IMG/VR virus record: IMGVR_UViG_3300045988_139196
Reading direction: 5' to 3' (one strand)
DNA from: a virus
Length of the DNA stretch: 64,000 nucleotides
How positions within the stretch are numbered: the stretch's first letter is position 1; the number at the start of each line of letters is the position of its first letter. The notes under the pieces were generated by a model. It searched no databases, had not been told where the DNA came from, and worked only from the letters and a program-made list of their open reading frames with translations. Made by a program: the position numbers and the translations under genes. This document shows, piece by piece, positions 17,240 through 26,396 of this stretch.

Positions 17240-17620
17240 TTATTTAGATTTGTTTTGCATCTCAAACTCTTCTAATTCCTCCCAATCAATTTCATCATAA
17301 TACGTTTCAGGGTATTGCCAATCAACGCCCTCATAAACGAAAACGGCTCTCCATTTAATATTGTCGCATAATTCCATGAAGTCAAGCTTTGTATACGTTG
17401 CTACATCTTCAAGCAAGCCGTTTTCATCGGTTTCGTCATAGTATTCAGGTATATAGCAGATCTCGTCATTTGCAAGTTCATCAAAGCTTTTGTCTGACTT
17501 ATACACATACCCTTGATCGGTGCAGAAAAAACCTATTTGATCTTCAAAATCACGTTTTTTAATACCTTGTTTAAGCAAGGTGTCTATTTTTTCTCTTGTT
17601 AAATATGGCTTATTACTCAT
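17240..17620 (-). CDS. hypothetical acidic early protein
   Basis: Rich in D, E, Y and W. RBS AGGAGGTAAACC. Confidence 0.55.
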   Translation of the reverse strand: MSNKPYLTREKIDTLLKQGIKKRDFEDQIGFFCTDQGYVYKSDKSFDELANDEICYIPEYYDETDENGLLEDVATYTKLDFMELCDNIKWRAVFVYEGVDWQYPETYYDEIDWEELEEFEMQNKSK

Positions 17621-17635
17621 GGTTTACCTCCTTGT

Positions 17636-18787
17636 TTATTTATACCATGTTGATTTTACGTCATTTAGATTTATCGGGCAAAGTAACATAAGCTGACTAT
17701 TATATTTATTTTCCTCAACATTTTTGAAGACTATAGGTTTCGATGCTCCACTATGGAACATTTTAATTCTGTCGCCCTCAAGATTTTTAATAGCATCCGT
17801 AAAGTATGTGAGATGATAGCCGCTAGTCTCAGAAATATTCAAGCCCTCAATATCAATGCTTCCATAAGGTGAGACAAGTCCATTATTCTTGATTGCAAAC
17901 ATATCCATAGTCTTTTTAACTCTAATCTCTTTAAAGTATTTCAAGTTTTCAAGCATATTCTTTTTCTCAAATTCAAATTCAGAGCTAAAACTACATGGAA
18001 TAGCTGCCTCCCATTTGAAATACTGCCCTTCAAGATTCCTGCTCAAGAGCGTAAAATCTTCCGACACAAGATTAAATGCTGTTATATCCTTAAACGATAT
18101 AATATCACATTCACCCTTTTTGAATTGCTTTAAAATTGAAAATGTGTTATTATTTATTGTAAACTCATTTTTAAAGCTCAAGCCGTTATCTTCCGTATCA
18201 GTGCTGATTGCAAGTCTATAGCCGTCAAGAGCTACCATTTTATTTGCCTTAAAATTAATACCTCTTAATATAGGCTTGAGATCGTCTTGTGTGTATATAG
18301 CATAGCTGATTGAATTACAACGCTCCATAAGCTTCTCAATCGTGTATGTATGTTGCTCAAGGATATTTGAATTATTTGAATTAATATTATCAATCCAAAC
18401 TTTTCCAAGATGTGCAAAAAGAGAATGTGCATCATTATCATTTACATCAGTTATTCCAGCTTTAAATGACTTTTTGCCGTCCTCAAAGTTGCACGCTTTA
18501 TCACTATCAAACGTGATAATTGTATCGCTGCCCTTGAAATATTTAAGAGCCTTTATAACTCTTTTCACGTCCTCAAGAGCAAACATGATCTTGTCATCGG
18601 TTATACAGCTTATAGTCTTACAGCCGATAACCTCCAGATTATTTGCGGAAATTTTCATTTTTCCGTCCTCAGCCTGGATAAACGCACTCCGCAAAAGATA
18701 GTCAGATGATTTTGTGTTAATGATCTTTTCCACCTGCTCGAGGGCTGCTACAAGGTTCTTTGTGTTTACTATAATTTTCGTGTTCAT
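17636..18787 (-). CDS. dnaN: DNA polymerase III beta sliding clamp homologue
   Basis: 383 aa. Aligns by eye along its full length with bacterial DnaN: LKPILRGINFKANKMVALDGYRLAI vs TRPILTGVNWK..ATDSHRLAL, LLSRNLEGQYFKWEAAIP vs FFSRLLDGNYPD, and GASKPIVF....QLMLLCPINL vs GAMRPFLI....QLILPVRTY. Confidence 0.8.
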   Translation of the reverse strand: MNTKIIVNTKNLVAALEQVEKIINTKSSDYLLRSAFIQAEDGKMKISANNLEVIGCKTISCITDDKIMFALEDVKRVIKALKYFKGSDTIITFDSDKACNFEDGKKSFKAGITDVNDNDAHSLFAHLGKVWIDNINSNNSNILEQHTYTIEKLMERCNSISYAIYTQDDLKPILRGINFKANKMVALDGYRLAISTDTEDNGLSFKNEFTINNNTFSILKQFKKGECDIISFKDITAFNLVSEDFTLLSRNLEGQYFKWEAAIPCSFSSEFEFEKKNMLENLKYFKEIRVKKTMDMFAIKNNGLVSPYGSIDIEGLNISETSGYHLTYFTDAIKNLEGDRIKMFHSGASKPIVFKNVEENKYNSQLMLLCPINLNDVKSTWYK

Positions 18788-18810
18788 GATTTTTTACCTC
18801 CGTATTGTTA

Positions 18811-19194
18811 TTAGTATCTACATTTTACGATCTGAATTATTCCAGACTTAATGCACAAGTCGGCTAGTTCGTCTTGTTCTTTAACCTTGTTGATTTCAGC
18901 TTGGAATATCTCAGGATTTTTAATTGCATACTTTTCCACAAAATCATTTTTTCTGAGATTATAGAGAAAATAATAGTTCCCATCAACGGCTACAAGCCTA
19001 TTGTAAAAATCCATAACTTTGATATTTTTCTTTCTCAACTTATATGCAACTTCAAATAAAGTTCGAGGAGGCAATAAGTTATTAATAACATTACAATTCT
19101 TTATAACTCCTTTTGTCTTGCCGTTATCGCCCTTCACTGTAATTGACGTTTTGCCGATTTTTATTTCCTCTCCGTTGATTTTTGTAATTTCCAT
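18811..19194 (-). CDS. hypothetical early protein
   Basis: Track ORF with RBS GGAGGTCAAATTTT (rc). Confidence 0.55.
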   Translation of the reverse strand: MEITKINGEEIKIGKTSITVKGDNGKTKGVIKNCNVINNLLPPRTLFEVAYKLRKKNIKVMDFYNRLVAVDGNYYFLYNLRKNDFVEKYAIKNPEIFQAEINKVKEQDELADLCIKSGIIQIVKCRY

Positions 19195-19328
19195 AAAATT
19201 TGACCTCCGTATTTTAAAATAAATGTTTTATTCGCTTTTCAAGCGTGTTATATGGTACTCTCAACGACTTCATGCGGTCATTTTGAGTATATAGGGCGGC
19301 TTGTGTAACCGCCCTCAGATCGTGTGTA

Positions 19329-19859
19329 TTATGCTTTTTCAGATCGCTCACATGGTATATCAGTGAGAACATAATCCCAGCTTGTACCCCAATGAGTGAC
19401 GCCCCACACATATAGATCTAAAGTTTCATTGTAGTATACTATTTCGTTAGTATATTCTTCAAGGATACTAGCACCTTGTTCAGAAATGATGAAGTATTGA
19501 AATATTTCTGAATACTGTTCACTGTTTTTAAGATCGTCAATTTCATTTTCCAATTCTGAAATTAATTCAAGATTGTCTTCTGCCTCTGCCTCCTCTAAGC
19601 GTTCTTGCAATTCTTCCAGTTTATCGGCGTATTCCTCATAATCAAGCGTATTGCCTTCTGAGTCCTCATAAGTTACATCAGAACCGCCAACCATGTCCCA
19701 GTAGCCGATCTCAGCCGTTGTTGATAAAATGTCATTGCACATAACAGCATCAAATGACTTTGCAAGCGTTGCATAGTCAACAAAACCATTTTGCTTACCA
19801 TAGTCTGAAATCTCGTTTCCACAAAAATGTGTGCCGAATATTGTTTGTGTTTTTGCCAT
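19329..19859 (-). CDS. hypothetical strongly acidic early protein
   Basis: Contains EYADKLEELQERLEEAEAEDNLELISELENEIDDL and a C-terminal WGVTHWGTSWDYVLTD. RBS GAGGAGGAATTTTT. Confidence 0.55.
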   Translation of the reverse strand: MAKTQTIFGTHFCGNEISDYGKQNGFVDYATLAKSFDAVMCNDILSTTAEIGYWDMVGGSDVTYEDSEGNTLDYEEYADKLEELQERLEEAEAEDNLELISELENEIDDLKNSEQYSEIFQYFIISEQGASILEEYTNEIVYYNETLDLYVWGVTHWGTSWDYVLTDIPCERSEKA

Positions 19860-19970
19860 AAAAATTCCTCCTCAAATATGTATCATTTTGGTTTATCTAT
19901 GTTGTATGGTGTGTTTATTTTCCTCGTGCGGAAAATTCCCACATATACCGCCCTTTATGGGCGGTTGTCA

Positions 19971-20183
19971 CTAAATCATTTTAAATGTAAATTTCACATT
20001 ATGAATGTGATCTGAATTATATCCACCTCCAGCAATCGCCCTCAGATCATCTCTAATGTATGATTTAATGTGATCCATGCCATAGAAATGATCGGGGTTA
20101 ATGGTATATGTATCGCTGAATGTAAATATCTTGCCTGGATACCATTTAGGCACACTCTTAATATTTGGATGCTTCTCATCCAT
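19971..20183 (-). CDS. hypothetical early protein; a possible 5' extension to 20225 is broken by an in-frame TAA
   Basis: A strong RBS GAGGAGGTCAATTATT precedes the ATG at 20225, not the ATG at 20183. A TAA at 20198-20196 is in frame with both. Confidence 0.5.
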   Translation of the reverse strand: MDEKHPNIKSVPKWYPGKIFTFSDTYTINPDHFYGMDHIKSYIRDDLRAIAGGGYNSDHIHNVKFTFKMI

Positions 20184-20341
20184 GGTGTACTTGATTTACG
20201 CAAAGATCTTAATTTTGCTACTCATAATAATTGACCTCCTCAAAGTCTTAAAGTTGTATGTTGTATAACGTGTAAATAATGGTTATGGTATCCGCTCCAC
20301 CTCATGCGGTTTTGTGGATATAAGGGCGTATAAACGCCCCT

Positions 20342-20611
20342 TTAAGCGTGTAAATACGCTTCTTTTTGGCTCATTTTTGTAACGCTATTGGCAGCGTGCA
20401 AAACGCTTTGCGGGATTCTATAGCCACAAATAACGTATTTGTCAAGGCGTGTGCTATAGCCTATTGAATAGTTCCAGCCGTAAACACCAGCGTTATAATA
20501 ATTAGTGCTATCGGTATAGGCATCAATGCTGCTATCATCAACAAGAATAAGGTCTTGACCGCTGATTATATTTTTTGCATCCATGTTTGTGATTTTTTTT
20601 GATGTATACAT
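20342..20611 (-). CDS. hypothetical early protein (first gene of the leftward arm)
   Basis: Track ORF with RBS GGAGGTAATTTT (rc). Confidence 0.55.
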   Translation of the reverse strand: MYTSKKITNMDAKNIISGQDLILVDDSSIDAYTDSTNYYNAGVYGWNYSIGYSTRLDKYVICGYRIPQSVLHAANSVTKMSQKEAYLHA

Positions 20612-21358
20612 AAAATTACCTCCATTTTTTTGGTTTACGTTTGTTTTTTTGTTTTTTTGTTTTGTCTGTTGTCTTATTTCTTTTGTTTTACTGTTCTACA
20701 CTTGACTTTTTATTTCTTTTGTGTTATCTTAAAATATGGTTGATTAAATTCAGATCATTGCACTGGATTCAATCGTATAGCGGTTAAAATAACCGCTAAA
20801 AGTTTAGGTAAACTATTAGCAAGATCCCTTTTTTTATATCCCAGAAATTCGAAAAACTGGATTAAAAACATTTTGAGCCTATCGTTTTTAAGATTTTCAC
20901 CGCCTACATTTGACGTTGTTCAATTCGGTTTTAGCCGGTTCGTACGGTGAAATATTTGATTTTCAAGTTGCAAAAATTTATTACTAGCCGTCACATGACC
21001 TTGCAAAAGTCAACTAGATTTTTTGTTGTGCGGTTGTCAACTCTTTTCATTTTAGATTTTCCGCTTTTTAGTGCTAGCGGTAAACTTACTTGTATCTGGT
21101 AAAGGGTTTTGCTTTTTGGTTTTTGGTTTATTCCCTTCCCTTACTGTAATTATATTATAACACATGGCGTCATGTATTACAATTGACTTTTTGCACAAAC
21201 ATGGAGTCATGTATTTATATAACTTGCACACACAATATATAGTGCATATTATTGTATTTTTGAATGATAACCGCTATATATAGTGATACTATGATTTATA
21301 AACGAAACTAAAATATTTGTAAGAAGTTACAAATATATAATTGAAATGAGGTTTAAAA

Positions 21359-21559
21359 TTGGACAATATAAACAAAAAGAAGATAGAGTATAATGCTGCA
21401 TACACTGCCAAAAATTACAAAAAATTATCGGTTAATGTGAAGCCCACAGATTATGCGGCTATTGACAATTATTGTAAAAAATCAAATATTAGCAAAGCTA
21501 AATTTATTGTAAAATGTTGTAAACACTGTATAGATCATGATATTAGTTTTGATGATTAA
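21359..21559 (+). CDS. ribbon-helix-helix DNA-binding protein (TTG start)
   Basis: KKLSVNVKPTDYAAIDNYCKKSNISKAKFIVKCCKHCI fits a beta-alpha-alpha RHH pattern. RBS GAGG lies 9 nt upstream. It is the only ORF in the 3.3 kb central region. Confidence 0.45.
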   Translation: MDNINKKKIEYNAAYTAKNYKKLSVNVKPTDYAAIDNYCKKSNISKAKFIVKCCKHCIDHDISFDD

Positions 21560-21899
21560 CTAGACCACAATATATAGTTGTTAATACAGTATTTATTACT
21601 TGTAATACACAATATACAGTATGCTTATATCTTGAGTTATAAGGCTACTAGCAAGCGTTATATACTGTTGTATATATGGGTGGTATGTTATACTTGATAG
21701 CCGTTAAAATGAATTTTAGAGCATACAATATATAGTGGTATTATAGTGTGTTATATATCGTGAGCTTGCAAGCGGTGATATTGCAAGGGATCTTGACGTG
21801 TATATGTTTGTATGTATATATGTATGTGTACAAATATTTGGACTGTTGTAAACGTGATTTTATTGAAATAAGTGTACGATTTTTTGGACTTATAAGGAT

Positions 21900-22915
21900 C
21901 TTTGAATGATCCTTTACTAATGGTTGCTAGTCAATTTGCATAATTTTATTAGTTGATTTTGTGCAATTTGCTAGTTTAAAATAGGGATTGAGTATTGAAT
22001 TTAAAGTGTATTTTAGTGAGTATTTACCACTTTGGCGGTAAATATGGAGTGAAATAGGGAATTGATAGGTTAAAATATTAATATAAAATGTTCAAATTTT
22101 AAAGATGATGATTAAGGGCGTTCGGTATATCGAATAGTAACCACCGATAAATATATTTAGCAAAAATCAAATATTAATAATAAACAAATATACTAAAAGT
22201 CAATTATTAACTTAATCAATAATTGATAAAAATCAAATATTATAAAGTCAATTGAGCTTGTATGAAGTCGGTAGAAATTATATTAACATTCTATGAATTG
22301 TGATACAATTATTTATATATGTGTTTTTGGCAAAAAGGCATATAAACCACGCAAATAAGCGGTTTTATGAATATGGTAAAGTAATTAATTAAAAAGACTT
22401 GTAGGGGTATCTTTACATTTATGGGAACATATGGAAACAAGATTATCCCCTTAGTAGTTCCACTCTATCCACACGCCCCAAAACCAAATCTAAAATCAAA
22501 ATAGCACTTTTTAAAATTCCTGCACACTATCCCACTACCCCACCAAAAAACCAAATTTTCATTCGATAATGCGTTCGAGTAAACCTCGTATCTATGCCAT
22601 TTTTTAAACTTTTTCAAACCCAAAAATATACTTAAATACACCGAAACACACCAAAATTAACTTGTAAACATTATTTCTATACCATAAGAAAACAACCTAT
22701 CACTCCCAAAAAATACACTCCATTAAAGACTATAATAGGTCTTATTTTTTTGTCCTAAAATGGCTATAAATCTAGTTTTACACTTAAACAATCACTCATT
22801 TAAAATTCAATTTTAATTCACTGTCAACTTATTAAATTACACTTCAGAAATAATATACTATCACCGAAACATCTCAAAACAATAAAAAACCATCAAAAAA
22901 ATCATTTATAAAACT
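21900..22915. repeat. long degenerate inverted repeat with a strand-composition switch near 22440
   Basis: rc of 21900-22140 is collinear with 22555-22915 at roughly 65-75% identity by eye. Example: rc-left AACCTATCAATTCCCTATTTCACTCCAT vs right AACCTATCACTCCCAAAAAATACACTCCAT. Example: AATCAACTAATAAAATTA vs GTCAACTTATTAAATTA. The plus strand is G/T-rich to the left of ~22440 and C/A-rich and G-poor to the right. Confidence 0.55.
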
Positions 22916-23537
22916 CATAAAATAACCTATTGTAAAAACGAAAAAACGTTTTTACGCCTTGATTTACAAGCAAAAACAACGAATATGCTATCGTAATTTT
23001 ACCGAACGCTCCGAAATAAAATGCTTAGACGAAAACAAAATGTTTAAGTAGTTGCCAGACAACTCATGCAAACAATAATCTTTCAACTGAAAAAATATCT
23101 GTGAAGATTAGCGTGACCGTAGGGAACGATAATCAAACAGGGAAGTTATATACGAGCGTAGCGAGAATATAACTGACTAGCTGTGCGCAGCACAATAATA
23201 AATACAAAGCTTCTTCAATAACATAATGTCAATACATTATCATTAATTATCATTATCGGTCATTATCGCTTTATTGCTCAATAGATATAACCACCTTAAT
23301 AGATGTAATCACAATGATCTTCATTTTATGTTAGTTAATTTCATGTAAGTCATTTAATGTTCTATCCTACATTATTTAATTTTTAATTTCACTTTCCCTG
23401 AACCTCTCTTATTTTCTGATTTTTAAATTTTATTTCACTTGCCTTGGCTTATAACCTCTAAAAATGCAATTGACTTAATTGCCTCAATGTAAACAACAAA
23501 TTAACACAAAAGTTACATATTTATGTTCAACTCACTA

Positions 23538-23566
23538 TTGACACATCTCAAAAGTAGTAGTATAAT
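23538..23566 (+). promoter_or_regulatory. perfect consensus promoter for the rightward arm
   Basis: TTGACA (23538-23543), 17-nt spacer catctcaaaagtagtag, TATAAT (23561-23566). Confidence 0.65.
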
Positions 23567-23751
23567 AACCGTAGTATCTCAAAAGTAGCATACTAAACTT
23601 ATGATATTAATATATCATATTGATTATTAGTTGTCAACAAGAAATTTATTCCTGTAAACAATTAATATTTAGAAGAAAAAACCTACACGCTTTAGCGGGT
23701 AGGAAGGATTCTCTTATTACTAAAGATATCTAATATTATTCTACTCTACAC

Positions 23752-23826
23752 TTTGACCTACACTTTTAGTATACAGATTGCACACTTTTTTGCATTTTGA
23801 CCTACACTTTTGGTATACAGATTGCA
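23752..23826 (+). repeat. two 31-nt direct repeats (44-nt period), candidate operators or iterons
   Basis: TTTGACCTACACTTTTAGTATACAGATTGCA (23752-23782) and TTTGACCTACACTTTTGGTATACAGATTGCA (23796-23826) differ at one position. Confidence 0.7.
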
Positions 23827-23904
23827 AAAATGGCGGACTAACAATAAATGGAAGACAGCAATAAAAGGTGGTGACAAATCATAACTGACAATTATTTTGT
23901 AAAA

Positions 23905-24654
23905 ATGCCCAAGAAATATATATACGCTGACTCAGCAGACAACTTTGAAATTTTATTGTATCGCTGTCTTAGTTACCTATATGAAACTAGAACAAGGACG
24001 GTAGGTACATCTATAAATGAAATTTTGGAATTGTGTCATTGTTCCATTTATAGTAAAGGTAACAGAGAAAATACTCATAGGATAAAAGCACTTTTCAATA
24101 TTTTTATTGCTAGGTCAGATTTGACTTGGGACAACCAATGTGACTATAAATCATCAAATAATGTCAATGCAAACGCTCATTTAAGATTCAAGGTCAACAA
24201 AGCGGTGTTTGATCCTCCAGATAATTTCGTAATATTATACGACACAGAATGGGACAAACTAATGTCTATTTCAAATAGGCTGTCTAAGTCAATACTTCTT
24301 CGTGTTTACTTATACATAAAGTCATGGAACTTTCAGAATACAGAAATTATAACAGAGAGTGTTTGTGGTTGTTACAAGAAAGAAACGATAATGGCAGAAG
24401 AATTACATATGTCGGTCAGACAGTTAGACAACTATTTAAAGGCATTATGTGATAATGGGCTAATAGTCAAGCATATTACAGGCTCTTATATAAAGAATGG
24501 CAAGGTCTATAATGCTCCTAACGTTTATGTGCTTAGTTCAGATCTGAACGTACAACAACATATCCGAGAAGCTGTTGACAGACTAAAGTACACCTATAAG
24601 GTAGATGAATTTCTACCAATGACACATAAGAACAAGAAAATTAGAAAGGATTGA
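23905..24654 (+). CDS. putative winged-helix DNA-binding protein (replication organiser or regulator?)
   Basis: wHTH-like segment EELHMSVRQLDNYLKALCDNGLIVKH. First gene of the rightward arm, just downstream of the direct repeats. Confidence 0.35.
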   Translation: MPKKYIYADSADNFEILLYRCLSYLYETRTRTVGTSINEILELCHCSIYSKGNRENTHRIKALFNIFIARSDLTWDNQCDYKSSNNVNANAHLRFKVNKAVFDPPDNFVILYDTEWDKLMSISNRLSKSILLRVYLYIKSWNFQNTEIITESVCGCYKKETIMAEELHMSVRQLDNYLKALCDNGLIVKHITGSYIKNGKVYNAPNVYVLSSDLNVQQHIREAVDRLKYTYKVDEFLPMTHKNKKIRKD

Positions 24655-25505
24655 TAAACGTGATAGATAATAAGATTATAGTATTTGAAAACGAGGACTT
24701 TGGAGAACTTAGAACGGTTGAGATTGACGGAGAAGTTTGGTTTGTAGGTAAGGACGTGGCAATGATATTGGGTTATGGAAATGGAAAAGTTAAAAGTAAG
24801 GCTTTAGCTAACGCTATAAAAGATCATGTAGATATTGAAGATAAAAGGTTCTTAAACTATGATGAACTTAAAGCGTACCAAAATGGTGACCTTAAAAATA
24901 TTAGCCACTATGGAATGACAATTATAAATGAAAGCGGTCTATATTCTCTTGTATTTGGAAGTAAATTGTCAACCGCAAAGAATTTCAAACACTGGGTAAC
25001 TTCTGAGGTTCTTCCTTCACTTCGTAAAACTGGTACATATAATACGCAGGCTTTTGAAGAATTAAAAGCAGAGGTAATAAATCTCAAAGAAGAATTAGAG
25101 AAAAACAAATTACCCAAGAAAACATATAGTCCATGGTTTGGTCGTATGCACCCTAAATATAAATTAATAGAAGATAGTCTTGGTATTACTAGGGGTGCAT
25201 TGTATAGAGAAATTCTTAAAGAGCTTGCTAACAGATACGGACTTGATACATACCAAATAGAACAAGACTATTTGTATGAAAATTGTTTGGATAAATGTTA
25301 TCCTCTTGACCCATATCAGTGTGTTCCGCAATATCGCAATATGATAGAAGATATTATTAATGAGTATTTAATCAGTAACAGTTTAGCTGATAAAAACGAT
25401 ATTATTGCAACTAAGAAATATAAGACAATTTTTTCAAAAACTAATTCTAAGACTGATTTTAATGAGTCTTACTTTAACACAGAGGACGGTGAAAACAATG
25501 AGTAG
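24651..25505 (+). CDS. Bro-N domain antirepressor-like protein
   Basis: FENEDFGELRTVEIDGEVWFVGKDVAMILGY..INESGLYSLVFGSKLSTAKNFKHWVTSEVLPSLRKTG. Start is TTG at 24651 or GTG at 24660. Confidence 0.75.
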   Translation: MINVIDNKIIVFENEDFGELRTVEIDGEVWFVGKDVAMILGYGNGKVKSKALANAIKDHVDIEDKRFLNYDELKAYQNGDLKNISHYGMTIINESGLYSLVFGSKLSTAKNFKHWVTSEVLPSLRKTGTYNTQAFEELKAEVINLKEELEKNKLPKKTYSPWFGRMHPKYKLIEDSLGITRGALYREILKELANRYGLDTYQIEQDYLYENCLDKCYPLDPYQCVPQYRNMIEDIINEYLISNSLADKNDIIATKKYKTIFSKTNSKTDFNESYFNTEDGENNE

Positions 25506-25668
25506 AAATCGCAAAACAACTTCTTTACAACAACTATTCCCTGAAGATTATATATACGAGGTTCAGGACAAGCCTTTAGACGACAATGAAGAATATTTAA
25601 GGTTTCGCAGTGAGTATTGGACTATGCTGGCTGAAACTGACGATACATACAAAGAAGATTATATGTAA
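25498..25668 (+). CDS. hypothetical small acidic protein
   Basis: Start moved to the ATG at 25498 after GAGGACGGTGA. Confidence 0.45.
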   Translation: MSRNRKTTSLQQLFPEDYIYEVQDKPLDDNEEYLRFRSEYWTMLAETDDTYKEDYM

Positions 25669-25691
25669 GATAAAATAAAGGAGACAACAAA

Positions 25692-26396
25692 ATGAACAAT
25701 TTGAAACTTGTAGAAACAGACATATTTAATGAAATCGCAACTTGTGACTTTTGGGGTAACGCCAACAATGAGTATCTTGTCACAAGAGAACAGATTGGTA
25801 GAGCATTGGGCTATAGTAATCCTGCAAATGCAATTAAAAATATCCATTTAAAGCATAAAGAAAGGTTAGATAAATTTTCAACTCAGCTCACTTCAAAACA
25901 AATTGAAGGAAATAGACAGATTGAGCGTAAAAGAACATTTTATAATTTACAAGGTGTTTTACTTATCATTCAATATTCACAAGTACCTGAGCAATTAAAA
26001 GAAAATTTATTGACAAAAATCAAAAGCAAAATGGGTAATAAGGAAATCGTTGTAATTACAGAACGCAAAGAATTGAATTTTATTAATGATTTGGAGGAGA
26101 TTTTGTCAGTTTTTCTGATTAAAGGAATCAGACAATTTCGCATAGGAAATAAATATAGAATCGACTATTACATTCCCACTATAAAAGTTGCCATTGAATA
26201 TGATGAAAATTCTCACAAGCTTTACAACCAAGATGAAGAAATAATGCGTGAAACTTTTATAAAAGAGCAATTAGGTTGTAAATTTATTAGGATATCAGAC
26301 GATTACAATAATAATAAAGGAATAGGTCTAGTCATAAAGAAATTAATAAATTGGGGTATTTTAAAATCAGGACTGGAGGTAATGAACAATGCCTAG
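25692..26396 (+). CDS. antirepressor-like N-terminal domain fused to a PD-(D/E)xK (DUF559/Vsr-like) nuclease-like domain
   Basis: N-terminus FWGNANNEYLVTREQIGRALGYSNPANAIKNIHLKH. C-terminus YRIDYYIPTIKVAIEYDENSH..FIRISD resembles the D..(E/A)xE..H core of Vsr/DUF559-type nucleases. Confidence 0.5.
   Translation: MNNLKLVETDIFNEIATCDFWGNANNEYLVTREQIGRALGYSNPANAIKNIHLKHKERLDKFSTQLTSKQIEGNRQIERKRTFYNLQGVLLIIQYSQVPEQLKENLLTKIKSKMGNKEIVVITERKELNFINDLEEILSVFLIKGIRQFRIGNKYRIDYYIPTIKVAIEYDENSHKLYNQDEEIMRETFIKEQLGCKFIRISDDYNNNKGIGLVIKKLINWGILKSGLEVMNNA

Noticed and set aside
22383-22392. A palindrome at the centre of the inverted repeat could be a hairpin-telomere (protelomerase) site.
   Set aside because: Only a trivial 10-nt AT palindrome (TAATTAATTA) is present. 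The arms are too diverged for a telomere resolution site, and no protelomerase-like gene is in the window.
20313-22473. DnaA boxes marking an origin.
   Set aside because: I found only two 8-of-9 matches (TGTGGATAT at 20313-20321 and CTATCCACA at 22465-22473). That is not a cluster and is compatible with chance.
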